DNA of 64,000 bases from Paraspadella gotoi. Taxonomy: Eukaryota; Animalia; Chaetognatha. The notes under the pieces are model-generated. The model did not search any database. It was not told the DNA's origin and was given only the letters and a program-made list of their open reading frames with translations. Positions 35,816-49,574 of this stretch are shown here, one piece after another (the stretch's first letter is position 1; every line of letters begins with the position of its first letter). A program made the translations under genes and the position numbers. Where the stretch lies: positions 177,409 through 241,408 of the forward strand of contig CM119267.1 of assembly GCA_051294375.1 (NCBI GenBank), written 5' to 3'.

Positions 35816-36309
35816 CTGTGAGACGAAGAGAAAGTAGGAAAAAGACAAAAGGATCGAATACAGACGAATAGTCTAAGAGGTACACTGAGATGAACGGATA
35901 GGCAAACAGACAGATAGACAGAACGATTGGGCAGATTAACATACAGCGTGTCCCAATGGTACTGTCCGTTAAAGGAAGCAAAGTTTTAAATTCATTGTCA
36001 TGAATAGGTGGACCATTTTATAGGATACTTTAATTTTAACAAGTTTGTGCAAACAATACTGGATCTGCCAACGATCATGAGCGGTAATTAATTAATTTAT
36101 TTATTAATTGATTTGATCCGACATGTTGGTTTTTAGGTCTTTAGGTCAATAATGACGATAACGAATAATTTATTGGCTGACTTGATTGATTGATTGATTG
36201 ATTAATAAATTTACTAATTGATTAATTAACTGATTAATTATTTAATTAATTAATACATCTTGCATTTACATTTAATATAAAAGAAAAATAATCATAATCA
36301 ATTAGTTAA

Positions 36310-36922
36310 ACAGGAGTTTTATTTTTGCCATTTAAACTCATTTCCACTCAAACGATTCCATCGAAACTTGTTTCCGTTCAATCACACACTTTCCTACCCA
36401 CATACAAATTTCAAATCAATCGCCCATCCACTCATGAGTAATTGGCGTTCAAATAGTAAAATGGTTTTTTTTTCCATTTAAACTCATTTCCACTCATACG
36501 ATTCCATCGAAACTTGGTTTCCTGTTCAATCACACACTTCCTACCCACATACAAAATTTCAAATCAATCGCCCATCCACTCATGAGTAATTGGCGTTCAA
36601 ATAGTAAAATGGATTTTTTTCCATTTAAACTCATTTCCACTTATACGATTCCATCGAAACTTGATTTCCAGCTTAATCACACACATTCCTACCCACATAC
36701 AAAATTTCGAGTCAATCGCCTCATATACTGATGATAAATTGGCGATTAAAGCTTGGGGGACGGACAGACGGACGGACGGACATCGTTTTTTTTCATAATT
36801 TATCATAAGTCGACATTCTGAGAGGATGTAAGTGACTCACCGACAAGATTTTGGGGTGGGACCGACGGACCGACAAAGTGAATTATATAGCCGAGATCTG
36901 CTGCAAGCAGATCGTGCTAAAA
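36310..36922. mobile_element. Helitron/Helentron-associated (DINE-1/HINE-like) non-autonomous element with internal 3 x ~146-bp repeat
   Basis: Units start 36328, 36474 and 36621; GGACAGACGGACGGACGGAC microsatellite; terminal hairpin GATCTGC-tgcaa-GCAGATC followed by GTGCTAAAA. Confidence 0.6.
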
Positions 36923-37112
36923 ATTTTACTCAGCTCACTCTTTTAGTAACTACCTAAAGTACTTGGTAAAAATTCTCTTTATCAATTTTTATAGAAAATG
37001 TTTAAATCGTTTTCGTATTATTAATAAAATATTTTTTATTACAAGAGACAGACGGAAAAAACGAGAAATATACAGACAGATTGACAAACAGACAAACTCC
37101 CACATCATTTAC

Positions 37113-37366
37113 CATTTTGTCTTTCCTGTTCTTCCTCTCCACGACTCGTTGCAGCTTCCGACGCCGCTCCCGCCGCCTCAGCCGGCGCTGCTGACGCCCT
37201 CATCCACTTCCGCGCCTCGCCTCCCCCCGGCGCCGCCGGAGCCTCAAGCCAATCCCTCGCCGAAGTCGTCGTCCGCAGATCAGAAGATTCGGTTGAAGTC
37301 GAAATCAAAGTTTTGTCTTTTGTTTCTTTGGACGAAGATGTCGCTTCGTCGGCGGCGAGACAAGTC
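37113..37366 (-). CDS. upstream exon of the Cys-loop channel gene (TCLAADEATSSSKET...EQERQN); noisy duplicate at ~43589-43846
   Basis: Acceptor CCCTTTGTTTCAG, donor G|GTAAAT (phase 1); joins 35815 in frame (G+AT = Asp); TCLA|A resembles a signal-peptide cleavage site. Confidence 0.55.
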
Positions 37367-37769
37367 CTGAAACAAAGGGCAATCGGTCGATAAAGTTTAA
37401 TAAATTACAAAAAAAGGGTAGAAAAAAAAGAAGAATAAAGATGGATGATATATTTAAAAGAGTAATATTATAAAATCTAAAAATATAAGATAGTGAAACA
37501 AGGAACTTTATAATTTTCATGATAAAAATGTGTAGAATCTACTGTAGATTAAATTGATTTAAAAAGTTAAGTTAAGGCGGAACATGATTTTTTAAAATAG
37601 CTAATATCTTACTTCGATGAATCTTTCTCGATCGAATGTTATTAAAGAAAACAAGCGAGTTTTAATAATGAAATTTTTATTGTATATATACATTGAAAAT
37701 TATCTTATTTTTACAAATGTCATGCAATCGATAAGGTTCAAAAATTAATCTTCCTTAGTTCTTTCTCTC

Positions 37770-38188
37770 TCACAACACTTCCTCTTTAATAAATTTTTCC
37801 CTCCCTCCTCCTCTTCCTCCTCCAACCGAATCCACGCTCCTCCTCTTCCTCCTGCCTAACCCCTCCACGGCCCCCAGCCCGGCCGTGGACAGCCCCAACA
37901 GAGCGAGCCCGATCCAGAGGCTGACCCTCGTGCAGAGAACGGGCGAGGTCCCGAACGAGAAAGCGAAACCGAGTTGTTGCCAGAGTCGGTAACAGGCGAA
38001 GGCCATTTCCTGCCTGGCGGGAAAGACCACGCCCACTAAGGAAGAGGTCTGGGTCTGCCAACAGGCGTCGGCCACTCCCCAGAGGCCTGATATCAGGTGG
38101 AGCAACCAGGCCTCGTTTGAGGTGGGTGTCTTGAATTGCATGAGAAGGAGAAGAGCCGCCTGGTTGGAGGAGAGAGAAATGTGAAAGT

Positions 38189-38240
<52 letters not shown>

Positions 38241-38461
38241 TGCACAACAACCCCAACTCCGATGACTCCCGCTTGGCCAGCGACCTTCGCCGCTCGGCCG
38301 GCGACGAGCGACGCCACAGCATCGCAGACTCCGAAGGTCAACATCACGAGTCCCACGGATTGGATGCCGAAGCGACAAGTGACGAAGGCTTTGGTGAAGT
38401 CGCCCGCCAGGATAGCCTGTTCGTATCCCGTGTAAAAGAAGAGAGGGGTAAGGAGGAGGGC
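37770..38461 (-). CDS. UNC93A: UNC93A-like MFS protein, last two exons (38240-38461 and 37770-38159), clean copy
   Basis: ALLLTPLFFYTGYEQAILAGDFTKAFVTCRFGIQSVGLVMLTFGVCDAVAS... and ...LWGVADACWQTQ...AFACYRLWQQLGFAFSF are UNC-93 family signatures; canonical GT-AG intron containing a (GA)n tract. Confidence 0.88.
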
Positions 38462-39199
38462 CTGGGAGGAGTAAAGGGGTAAGGAAGGGGTCAAAAGGGT
38501 GAAGAGAGGAAAGGGTATGTTTAAAGTCAGTATTTAATTTACCAAACTTAATTATAATATGAAATTGATACAACCATTATAAAAATTATCCATTCATTTA
38601 ATAAATAAGCTCTCTTGCCCCCGACTTTGGACAGGCTTTGGTGGTTTAAGGCTTCCATCACTCTTACAAGATAATGACATAGCGGGTCCCTGCAAGCTTT
38701 CAATCAAGACTCTCTCATAGTCTCGTTTATTCACTCCCAGAGCATATATATGTAAGTTAAATTTCTGACTTGATGAAATATAGATGAATTATTACATTAC
38801 ACATAACACTCATAGTTAATGCACTCGAAAAGCTTTACAATGATTTTTTTTTATTTAGTTTTATTCTTCTTATCTCTGATTCGATTAGTTTGTACCTTTA
38901 ATATTTTTTTTAGTTTACAGATTCGTTTAATTTTAACCTCGATTTGTTTACTTTTTCGTTTAGATTTTCTTTTGCTTTTTTTCCATTTAATATTGGTTTA
39001 TTTACATATTTTTGCGTTGATTAACTATTTTTCGTTTCCTTTACGTTGATCATTTGATTTTCATTTTTTTACAAAATTGTGCCACCTGTGGCAGCAACCA
39101 CACGTGAACTTCTGTAACCAAACGAAACTCTCAAAAACTGAAACTTTACCTCGCTTTCGCTCCAAAAGAATAAGAGAGAGATAATGGTATGGAAATAAG

Positions 39200-40795
39200 T
39201 ATGAAATAATATCATTTTATTTTGAATAAATAATTACACAAAAATTCCTACAAAATAAATATTGTCTTATAATAGGTTATAACTACCAATACTAGCTAAA
39301 AGCTATAAAAAGAGAAAACATCATTGATTAATTTTGATTTACAATAAAACAAATTTTATTATTATATGCCCATAGAAAATTGGAAATCTAATATATAGTC
39401 ATTTTAAAATTTTGATGTCCTCATTCCTGTATTTACAATATGTACAAATAAATAACCAACAAAATTACCTCCAATCCAATAATAATCTAATCAATCTTCA
39501 AAAAAAACTACTTATCAACTGACCGAGCCAAAAAACCTCTCTAAAAGAGTCGCCTCCTGAAATCTCTTTCCCCCCTCCGCTTCAGGAACGTGTGGACATC
39601 GCAAGGAAAATCAGTGACAAAATTCGCGGAGGTATTTGGCGTCGATGAAAAATTCCAGCGTCGACGCAGTCGTCAGCCTTTTTAATGGAGTCTTTTTTCT
39701 GTTGCTTATCAGTCCGCGCAAATTTTGGGAAATACAATCAGCACCTTCATATCTTAAAGTGGGCCTGAGGGGGGGAGAGTTGTTTGTTTTATTTTAATCT
39801 CATTTGGCATATTGTAATGAAATATTTAAAGGAATTTATTCTAATTCAACATTTTCTAAAAAGATTTTTTAAAATTTTTTCTCACCAATTTTAACCATCG
39901 TGTTTAAATGAGACAGAGAGATAAGTTGGGTCTTAATAAATTTCCACAGAATTACGATTGATTTACAAAATGTTAATTGAATGCATATTGAAAACGATAA
40001 TACGTTTCCACTTCAGACAAAAGCCAACTCCAATTTCTCCTTTGGATCTTCATGGCGGCGCCGATTACTGTCCAGTCCTCCACCGAGGAAGTTAACGTCA
40101 CTGCAACGCCTCTACGTCCGCTTGCACAGTTCCGACTGCCGAGGTTAAAGAGAGAATGCAGAATAAACTGACAGACAGATGGACAGATTATAAGTGTCAA
40201 TGAATGGACGGATGCATGGACTCTCTACTCTTGTTTTTTTGCTTTCTCTTTTTGTTTTATGCTTATCTCTCTCTTTTGCTTTTCTTCTATTCTCTTTCTT
40301 TTTCTTTCTCTTTCTTTTTTTTTTCTCTTTTCTTCTTTTTATTCTTTTTCTTTTCTTTTATTTCTTTTTCTTTTTCTCTTTTTTTTATTCTCTTTTCTCT
40401 CTCTTTCTGTTCCGCTTCTCTTCTCTCCTCTCTTCAGTCGGTTTGTTCAAACAGACACATCAGAAAGATTCCCAGTTTCGGCCACGCCCCGCTACTTACT
40501 TCTGCACCTGTCACCGCGACGCTCCTTACCCTCCAGGTGCAAACGGTGTTCGGCATCATCATCGGTTTCGTCTCCTGGTCTTCCGTCTTCTCTCTTCTTC
40601 TCCTAATCTCTCAACGTCTGACGAAGGAAGGAGAGAGAAGGGACGGATTTGCAAGAAAGTGGCGACATCAATGGTTGGAGGATTGGTCTTTACTCTGCAA
40701 GATTGGAAGGTGAGTGAACAAGTGGTGAAAGTCGATGTGATACGTGAAGACTTAAAAGGGGAAAGATGGGGATGATTAATGAACTGGATTAGATA
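39200..40795 (+). pseudogene. inverted, frameshifted copy of UNC93A-like exons 4-6 (reverse complement of ~45590-47160); probable artefact
   Basis: Near-identical reverse complement with indel errors, shortly upstream of 25-N gaps. Confidence 0.8.
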
Positions 40796-40854
40796 AAATG
40801 AGGGTTGTGTGGGGCAGGCAACCAACACGTGACCTTCTGTAACCAAAAACAAAA

Positions 40855-40890
<36 letters not shown>

Positions 40891-40906
40891 CTTCTCTCTC
40901 CTCTCG

Positions 40907-40942
<36 letters not shown>

Positions 40943-43469
40943 GCTCAACATACGATTTGACCAAGTTGCTCTCGTTGTCCTTACTAGTTCTGTATTGTCT
41001 GCATTGTTTAGACTTAGGTCTCAAATTGTTACTGTTATTANNNNNNNNNNNNNNNNNNNNNNNNNATAGTTAATGCACTCGAAAAGCTTTACAATGATTT
41101 TTTTTATTTAGTTTTATTCTTCATATCTTTGATTCGATTAGTTTGTACCTTTAATATTTGTTTTGTTTACAGATTCGTTTAATTTTAACCTCGATTTGTT
41201 NNNNNNNNNNNNNNNNNNNNNNNNNGGCTTCCGGTCTTGTGGTCCTCTTGTGGCCCTTTCGCCCGCAAGTTCTCTGGTTGTGGTGTACTTTGTGGGGCTC
41301 GTGGCTTTACCACGAACTACTCTAGGAAAAATGTTGTTTAGACTTGGCGATCACTGCTCCGTAAAGGCTCTTTGGGAACGGGTCGATTTCTGAATCTGAA
41401 AACTGTTGTGACTTAGAAAAGTTTGTATAGGAAACATGGTACATGTTTAAGGCAAAGGAAAGCAGAACGAAAAATACAAAAGGTCAAAATGAAACAAGTG
41501 AACAACGGATATCTCATTCAGCTGCAGTGACTTTTCTTTTTACGTGTATTTCCCTGGATCACATGACTTACATAATATAGGATATTTATGGTATAACAAA
41601 CATCTTATTGTGGATCACTACTCTGCAAGTTTCTTTCGAAACAAGCAGACATTACATTACATATTGCTCTGTTGCTATATTGGCGTTTTTTTTCAATATT
41701 GACGTATCACTGATTCCTACTATAACTCACCCTCTTCGTCCCACCTCCGTTATTGAAACCACATCATTATCCTGATAAAATTCCCACCCTTTCTTCATTT
41801 TTTTTAAAGATGAGAGAATGAAGAAAAGAAAGGGAGACGGTAACAAAAAGAAGAAAGAAAACAAAGATATAAAAACAAATACAAGAAAACCGAGGCTCAA
41901 CCTCATGTAATAAATGAATTACCTGAATTTTTCTTAGACGATCGTTCTCGATATTTAATCTGTTAAATTAGGTTAAAAAAATTATTACTATCATCTCGGA
42001 TTTTTTTCAGCAATAAAATACTACCAATTCTAATATACCTTACCAAAATGAGGTTGAAAATTCGCGTTATTGCAGTTTTTTAGAATAGGCTTTAAAAAAA
42101 TAGGTATTTTTTAACCATTTTTAGGGCGTTTTGGGGGCTGATTATTTGTTAATGGGGTTATTCCAAATTTAAAATTTTTATATATTTGTATCAGTTAACA
42201 TTTCACCAATGTTTGGCATAAATTTTTTTTTAAAAAATATTATTTTATAAAAAAAATCATATTTGTCAGTATATATTTAAAAATAACTATTTAGTTAATA
42301 ATAAAATAATTATAATTTCGATTACAGGATAAAATTGCCTATCAATTCAACTATTATTTCTTAATAAAAAGTTTGAACTAATAAATAAAAAATAAATAAT
42401 AGCTAATTATTATAATTGCATAACTATGCATAATATTAATAAATTAATTTTTTTTTTATTCAGTCTAACACTTTTACCATTAACCAAGAATTAATGTTAG
42501 ATTAATTTTTTACTGAGGAAAAAAATTATATCGTTCAAGTATTTTTGAGCACAGTATTGCAAATTAAATTTTTTTTAAATAAATGATGCTCAATAACAAA
42601 AACTTCAAATTTTTTTTTTTGAAATAATAGAGATGGGTGAATTAGGCATACGAGTTCCATCCCACACATTGCATATCAAGTCATTCCTTCATTATTTTAT
42701 AGAAGATATAGCTTCCCTGGACTTTATGAAGGAAGCAAGACCGGTACTGGTATGATGTCAATTTTTTTTCGCATAATGGTTCTTCACGTTTAAAAAAATT
42801 GCTAATATTGATTAAATACAAAAAATATAGTATATGATGATCGTCTAGGGTGAAGAAGTAAAAGACGAGGAAAGTGTCTAGTGAGGGAACTCCTTCGACT
42901 TGTGCTTGAGCACTGACAAGTTTTTGATGCCTTCAGGAAAAAGGTTGCTTCCAAACTTGCAGGTGGAAGTGAAAATTTTGCGTCTTGAGGACTCACATTC
43001 TAGAGGATAAAAGTGTGAGGTTAAAAATATTCTGGAGTGAAAGTAACTCTGGAATAGTGAAAATTAATTTGAAAACATTCAAGAGGCTTGGATGTACATG
43101 AGTTGAGAGGACCATATTGAGAGGAAGAGGAAACGTCTTCTATGCTCAGAAGAGATGACGATGATGTTGTTCGTCAAAAACAAATCAAATATTAAAGTTT
43201 GTGGACAGGTTTAACCTTTTCAACTTTACTAAATGAAGTAAAAGTAAGAGAAAGCATGAGAAGACAGTGGCAGTGATCATTAGACTTTTATCTCATTTTT
43301 GATGCCCAGTAATGAAAGTTCTGAGACTAGAGAAGTAAAAGAGTTGAGAATCCGAGTTGCTTAGCAACAAAGTTTATGAGTGTAAAAAGTCAAAGAATAC
43401 ACTCTATTTTACCGAACGAACTTTATGTCAAGAAAAACGACCGTGCAACAACAACGATGGAAAAACTTT

Positions 43470-44673
43470 TCAAAAAAAAAAAAAATTTTTTTTACATTTG
43501 AGTAGGATAAAAAAAACCAAGAGACAGACGGAAAAAACGAAAATATACAGAACAGATTGACAAACAGACAAACTCCCACATCATTTACCATTTTGTCTTT
43601 CCTGTTCTTCTCTCCACGACTCGTTGCAGCTTCCGCGCCGCTCCCGCCGCCTCAGCCGGCGCTGACTGACGACCCTCATCCACTTCCGCGCCTCGCCCTC
43701 CCCCCGGCGCCGCCGGAGCCTCAAGCCAATCCCTCGCCGAAGTCGTCGTCCGCAGTATCAGAAGACTTCGGTTGAAGTCGAAATCAAAGTTTTGTCTTTT
43801 GTTTCTTTGGACGAAGATGTCGCTTCGTCGGCGAGCGAGACAAGTCCTGAAACAAAGGGCCAATCGGTCGATAAAGTTTAATAAATTACAAAAAAAGGGT
43901 TAGAAAAAAATGAAGAATAAAGATGGATATATATTTTAAAAGAGTAATATTATAAAATTCTAAAAATATAAGATAGTGAAACAGAACTTTATAATTTTCA
44001 TAGATAAAATGTGTAGAATCTAGTAATTAAATGATTTAAAAAGTTAAGTTAAGGCGAACATGATTTTTTTAAAATAGCTAATATCTTACTTTCGATGAAT
44101 CTTTCTCGATCGAATGTTATTAAAAAGAAAACAAGCGAGTTTTAATAATGAAATTTTAATGTTATATTACATTGAAAATTATCTTATTTTTACAAATGTC
44201 ATGCAATCGATAGGTTCAAAAATTAATCTTCCTTAGTTCTTTCTCTCTCACAACACTTCCTCTTTATAAATTTTTCTCCTCCCTCTCCTCTCTTCCTCCT
44301 CCACCGAATCCACGCTCCTCCTCTTCTCCTGCCTTAACCCCTCCACGGCCCCCAGCCCGGCCGTGGACAGCCCCAACAGAGCGAGCCCGATCCAGAGGCT
44401 GACCCTCGTGCAGAGAACGGGCGAGGAGGTCCCCGAACGAGGAAACGAAACCGAGTTGTTGCCAGAGTCTGTAACAGGCGAAGGCCATTTCCTGCCTGGC
44501 GGGAAAGACCACGCCCACTAAGGAAGAGGTCTGGGTCTGCCAACAGGCGTCGGCCACTCCCCAGAGGCCTGATATCAGGTGGAGCAACCAGGCCTCGTTT
44601 GAGGTGGGTGTCTTGAATTGCATGAGAAGGAGAAGAGCCGCCTGGTTGGAGGAGAGAGAAATGTGAAAGTTTA

Positions 44674-44742
<69 letters not shown>

Positions 44743-45583
44743 TGCACAACAACCCAACTCCGATGACTCCCGCTTGGCCAGCGACCTTCGCCGCTCGGCG
44801 GCGACGAGCGACGCCACAGCATCGCAGACTCCGAAGGTCAACATCACGAGTCCCACGGATTGGATGCCGAAGCGACAAGTGACGAAGGCTTTGGTGAAGT
44901 CGCCCGCCAGGATAGCCTGTTCGTATCCGTGTAAAAGAAGAGAGGGTAAGGAGGAGGGCCTGGGAGGAGTAAAGGGTTAAGGAAGGGGTCAAAAGGTGAG
45001 AAGAGAGGAAAGGGTATGTTTAAAGTCAGTATTAATTTACCAAACTTAATTATAATATGAAAATGATACAACCATTATAAAAATTATCCATTCATTTAAT
45101 AAATAAGCTCTCTTGCCCCGACTTTGGACAGGCTTTGGTGGTTTAAGGCTTCCATCACTCTTACAAGATAATGACATAGCGGGTCCCTGCAAGCTTTCAA
45201 TCAAGACTCTCTCATAGTCTCGTTTATTCACTTCCAGAGCATATATATGTAAGTTAAATTTCTGACTTGATGAAATATAGATGAATTATTACATTACACA
45301 ATAACACTCATAGTTAATGCACTCGAAAGCTTTACAATGATTTTTTTTTATTTTAGTTTTATTCTTCTTATTCTTATTCGATTAGTTTGTACCTTTAATA
45401 TTTTTTTTAGTTTACAGATTCGTTTAATTTTAACCTCGATTTGTTTACTTTTTCGTTTAGATTTTCTTTTGCTTTTTTCCATTTAATATTGGTTTATTTA
45501 CATATTTTTGCGTTGATTAACTATTTTTCGTTTCCTTTACTTTGATCATTTGATTTTCATTTTTTTACAAAATTGTGCCACCC
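43470..45583. repeat. direct duplicate of ~37000-39085 (ion-channel exon plus UNC93 3' exons), indel-rich
   Basis: Colinear near-identity over about 2.1 kb; differences are mostly single-base indels. Confidence 0.85.
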
Positions 45584-48026
45584 CATCATTTAATCTAATC
45601 CAGTTCATTAATCATCCCCATCTTTCTCCCTTTTAAGTCTCACGTATCACATCGACTTTCACCACTTGCTCACTCACCTTCCAATCTTGCAGAGTAAAGA
45701 CCAATCCTCCAACCATTGATGTCGCCACTTTCTTGCAATCCGTCCCTTCTCTCTCTTCCTTCGTCAGACGTGAGAGATTAGGGAGAAGGAAGAGGAAGAG
45801 GAGAAGACCGAGGGAGACGAAACCGATGAAGATGCCGAACACCGTTTGCACCTGGAGGGTAAGGAGCGTCGGTGTGACAGGTGCAGGTAAGTAGCCGGGG
45901 CGTGGCGAAACTGGGAATCTTTCTGATGTGTCTGTTTGAACAACCGACTGAGAGGAGAGAAGAGAAGGGAAGAGAAGAGAAGAGAAGAAAAGAGAATAAA
46001 ATAAAAGAGAAAAGAATAAAAGAAAAGAAAAGAATAAAAGAGAAGAAAAGAGAATAAAAAAGAGAAGAGAATAAAAGAAAAGAGAAGAGAATAAAAGAAA
46101 AGAAAAGAGAAGAGAAGATAAAACAAAAAAGAAAAGACAAAAAAAAGAGTAGAGAGTCCATGCATCCGTCCATTCATTGACACTTATAATCTGTCCATCT
46201 GTCTGTCAGTTTATTCTGCATTTCTCTCTTTAACCTCGGCGGTCGGAACTGTGCAAGCGGACGTAGAGGCGTTGGCAGTGACGTTAACTTCCTCGTTGGA
46301 GACTGGACAGTAATCGGCGCCGCATGAAGATCCGAAGGAGAAATTGGAGTTGGCGTTTGTCTGAAGTGGAAACGTATTATCGTTTTCAAATGATTCAATT
46401 AACATTTTGTAAATCAATCGTAATTCTGTGGAAATTTATTAAGACCCAACTTATCTCTGTCTCATTAAACACGATGGTTAAAATTGGGGAGAACAAATTT
46501 TAAAAAATCTTTTTAGAAAACTGTGAATTAAGAATAAATTCCTTTAAATATTTCATTACAATATGCAAATGAGATTAAAATAAACAAACAACTCTCCCCC
46601 CCTCAAGGCCCACTTTAAGAATGAAGGTGCTGATTGTATTTCCCCAAATTTGCGCGGACATGAAGCAACAGAAAAAGACTCCATTAAAAAGGCTGACGAC
46701 TGCGTCGACGCTGGAATTTTTCATCGACGCCAAATCCTCCGCGAATTTTGTCACTGATTTTCCTTGCGATGTCCACACGATTCCTGAAGCGGAGGGGGGG
46801 GAAAGAGAATTTCAGGGGGCGACTCTTTTAGAGAGGTTTTTTGGTCGGTCAGTTGATAAGTAGTTTTTTGAAGATTGATTAGATATTATTGGATTGGGTA
46901 ATAAGTTGGTTATTATTTGTACATATTGTAAATACAGGAATGAGAATCAAAATTTTAAAAATGACTATATATTAGATTTCCTATTTTCCATGGCATATAA
47001 TAATAAAAATTTGTTTTATTGTAAATCAAAATAATCAATGATGTTTTCTCTTTTATAGCTTTTAGCTAGTATTGGTAGTTATAACCTATTATAAGACAAT
47101 ATTTATTTGTAGGAATTTCTTGTAATTTATTTATTCAATAAAAAATAATTTTCATACTTCTCTTATTTATAATTGATTTTATTTATCAGCATTTGTCAAT
47201 AGTTAAACTTATTTTTCAGTCTCTTCGTGTTCATTTTTTCACCTGTAGCGAATCCCAACAGCGCCGCGGCCGGGAAAAGCGTGAAGTAAGACGAACAAAA
47301 GTGAGCGGTTGTGAATATCGCGTGGCTGATGGCGCCGAAGACGAGGCACCATTTCGTACCCACGACCTAAAAATAGAAGAAAACATTTTTAAAATAGTGA
47401 TGACAACGAAGACGACGACAACGAAAAACCTGAAGGACGAATGGAGAAACTGTGCAACCGATTGTCGCGCATGCGTAGAGGATAGCGATCGTCGTCGATC
47501 CGATTCCGGGATCCGAATGTTCGCTGCGAGAAAGATTCAGTTTTGTAATTCGATTTATAAAGAAATTAATTTAAATATAAACAAGACGAACTAACGATTT
47601 AATTTTCTTTATGACTTTGTCTAGCGATTAGTTAACTGAAGAGTTAACAGATGAGTTAACTGAACAGTGGACAGATTATGTAACTGAACAGAGTCAAAAA
47701 AGGAACCGAGGAAGTTATTATGGTCGTCGACCTAGCACCTGCGAGAACCTGGGAGAACAATGTTAGGCTAACACAAAACCCGCCAGTTTTTGTTCAACTA
47801 AAATCAATAACTATGAATTGTTTATCATTAACACAAATATCACAAGTGTTCATTTATTAAAATTTAAAAAAAAACCAAAGATTATTTTTTTTTATTTGAC
47901 TCACAGAAAGAGAGAGCTTTCAAGATTCTGCAATGCGCTAAAGTTGGTGAAGATGAACATAAATCCCAAACCGAGAGCGAAAACGCGGACCCAAGGCTGC
48001 CACGCGGAATTTGGCGGCAATGTCAT
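44248..48026 (-). CDS. UNC93A: UNC93A-like MFS membrane protein, 8 exons: 47905-48026, 47430-47523, 47243-47366, 46614-46783, 46235-46360, 45678-45851, 44742-44959, 44248-44641 (last two frameshifted in this copy)
   Basis: Manual splicing gives a phase-consistent MTLPPNSAWQPWVRVFALGLGFMFIFTNFSALQNLESSL...GIGSTTIAILY...GTKW...IVWTSQG...FNGVFFCCFMSAQIWGNTIST...CGADYCP...; all introns GT-AG; motifs match the UNC-93 family. Confidence 0.9.
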
Positions 48027-49528
48027 CGTGATGACAATGAGGACGACGAAAAAGTCAAACCTTATCACCAGGGCGAAAATGTAGACAATAACTTTAAGAT
48101 CTTCTCGTGGCGACCGAAAAAATCTTGAGATAAAAAATTAATATCGATCAAAAATGACAAACTTCGAAAATTTTTGGTGCAAAAAAAAAAATTTGTTTAG
48201 ATTTAGTTAAAAAAGAAGAAATTAAGANNNNNNNNNNNNNNNNNNNNNNNNNNNNNNNNNNNNNNNNNNNNNNNNNNNNNNNNNNNNNNNNNNNNNNNNN
48301 NNNNNNNNNNNNNNNNNNNNNNNNNNNNNNNNNNNNNNNNNNNNNNNNNNNNNNNNNNNNNNNNNNNNNNNNNNNNNNNNNNNNNNNNNNNNNNNNNNNN
48401 NNNNNNNNNNNNNNNNNNNNNNNNNNNNNNNNNNNNNNNNNNNNNNNNNNNNNNNNNNNNNNNNNNNNNNNNNNNNNNNNNNNNNNNNNNNNNNNNNNNN
48501 NNNNNNNNNNNNNNNNNNNNNNNNNNNNNNNNNNNNNNNNNNNNNNNNNNNNNNNNNNNNNNNNNNNNNNNNNNNNNNNNNNNNNNNNNNNNNNNNNNNN
48601 NNNNNNNNNNNNNNNNNNNNNNNNNNNNNNNNNNNNNNNNNNNNNNNNNNNNNNNNNNNNNNNNNNNNNNNNNNNNNNNNNNNNNNNNNNNNNNNNNNNN
48701 NNNNNNNNNNNNNNNNNNNNNNNNNNNNNNNNNNNNNNNNNNNNNNNNNNNNNNNNNNNNNNNNNNNNNNNNNNNNNNNNNNNNNNNNNNNNNNNNNNNN
48801 NNNNNNNNNNNNNNNNNNNNNNNNNNNNNNNNNNNNNNNNNNNNNNNNNNNNNNNNNNNNNNNNNNNNNNNNNNNNNNNNNNNNNNNNNNNNNNNNNNNN
48901 NNNNNNNNNNNNNNNNNNNNNNNNNNNNNNNNNNNNNNNNNNNNNNNNNNNNNNNNNNNNNNNNNATTGTATATTCTGAAATGTCTTTAAACATCAAAGA
49001 ATATTCGCTAAATAATTGATAAAAAAACTTACCTTTGCCGATTTAGTAGTAAGNNNNNNNNNNNNNNNNNNNNNNNNNNNNNNNNNNNNNNNNNNNNNNN
49101 NNNNNNNNNNNNNNNNNNNNNNNNNNNNNNNNNNNNNNNNNNNNNNNNNNNNNNNNNNNNNNNNNNNNNNNNNNNNNNNNNNNNNNNNNNNNNNNNNNNN
49201 NNNNNNNNNNNNNNNNNNNNNNNNNNNNNNNNNNNNNNNNNNNNNNNNNNNNNNNNNNNNNNNNNNNNNNNNNNNNNNNNNNNNNNNNNNNNNNNNNNNN
49301 NNNNNNNNNNNNNNNNNNNNNNNNNNNNNNNNNNNNNNNNATTGGATTACATGACCCTCAATTCACAATCGAGGCTGATCACGTGATTATTTCTCTAAGT
49401 GAACTGCTACTACAAAGTAGATTTTCTTTTTAAATGCACAAAATTTGTTATTTATATTATGAATGTACTCTTAAACTTATTAGATTGTTTTAAAATGAGA
49501 AACCACTTTCCATTCTCTCTCTTTCCAT

Positions 49529-49574
<46 letters not shown>

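Noticed and set aside
42640-43460. Purine-rich coding-like segment, possibly a transposon relic
   Set aside because: No intact frame or recognisable motif; cannot be assigned by eye.
48203-49354. ORFs of 264 and 112 aa
   Set aside because: Almost entirely N gap.
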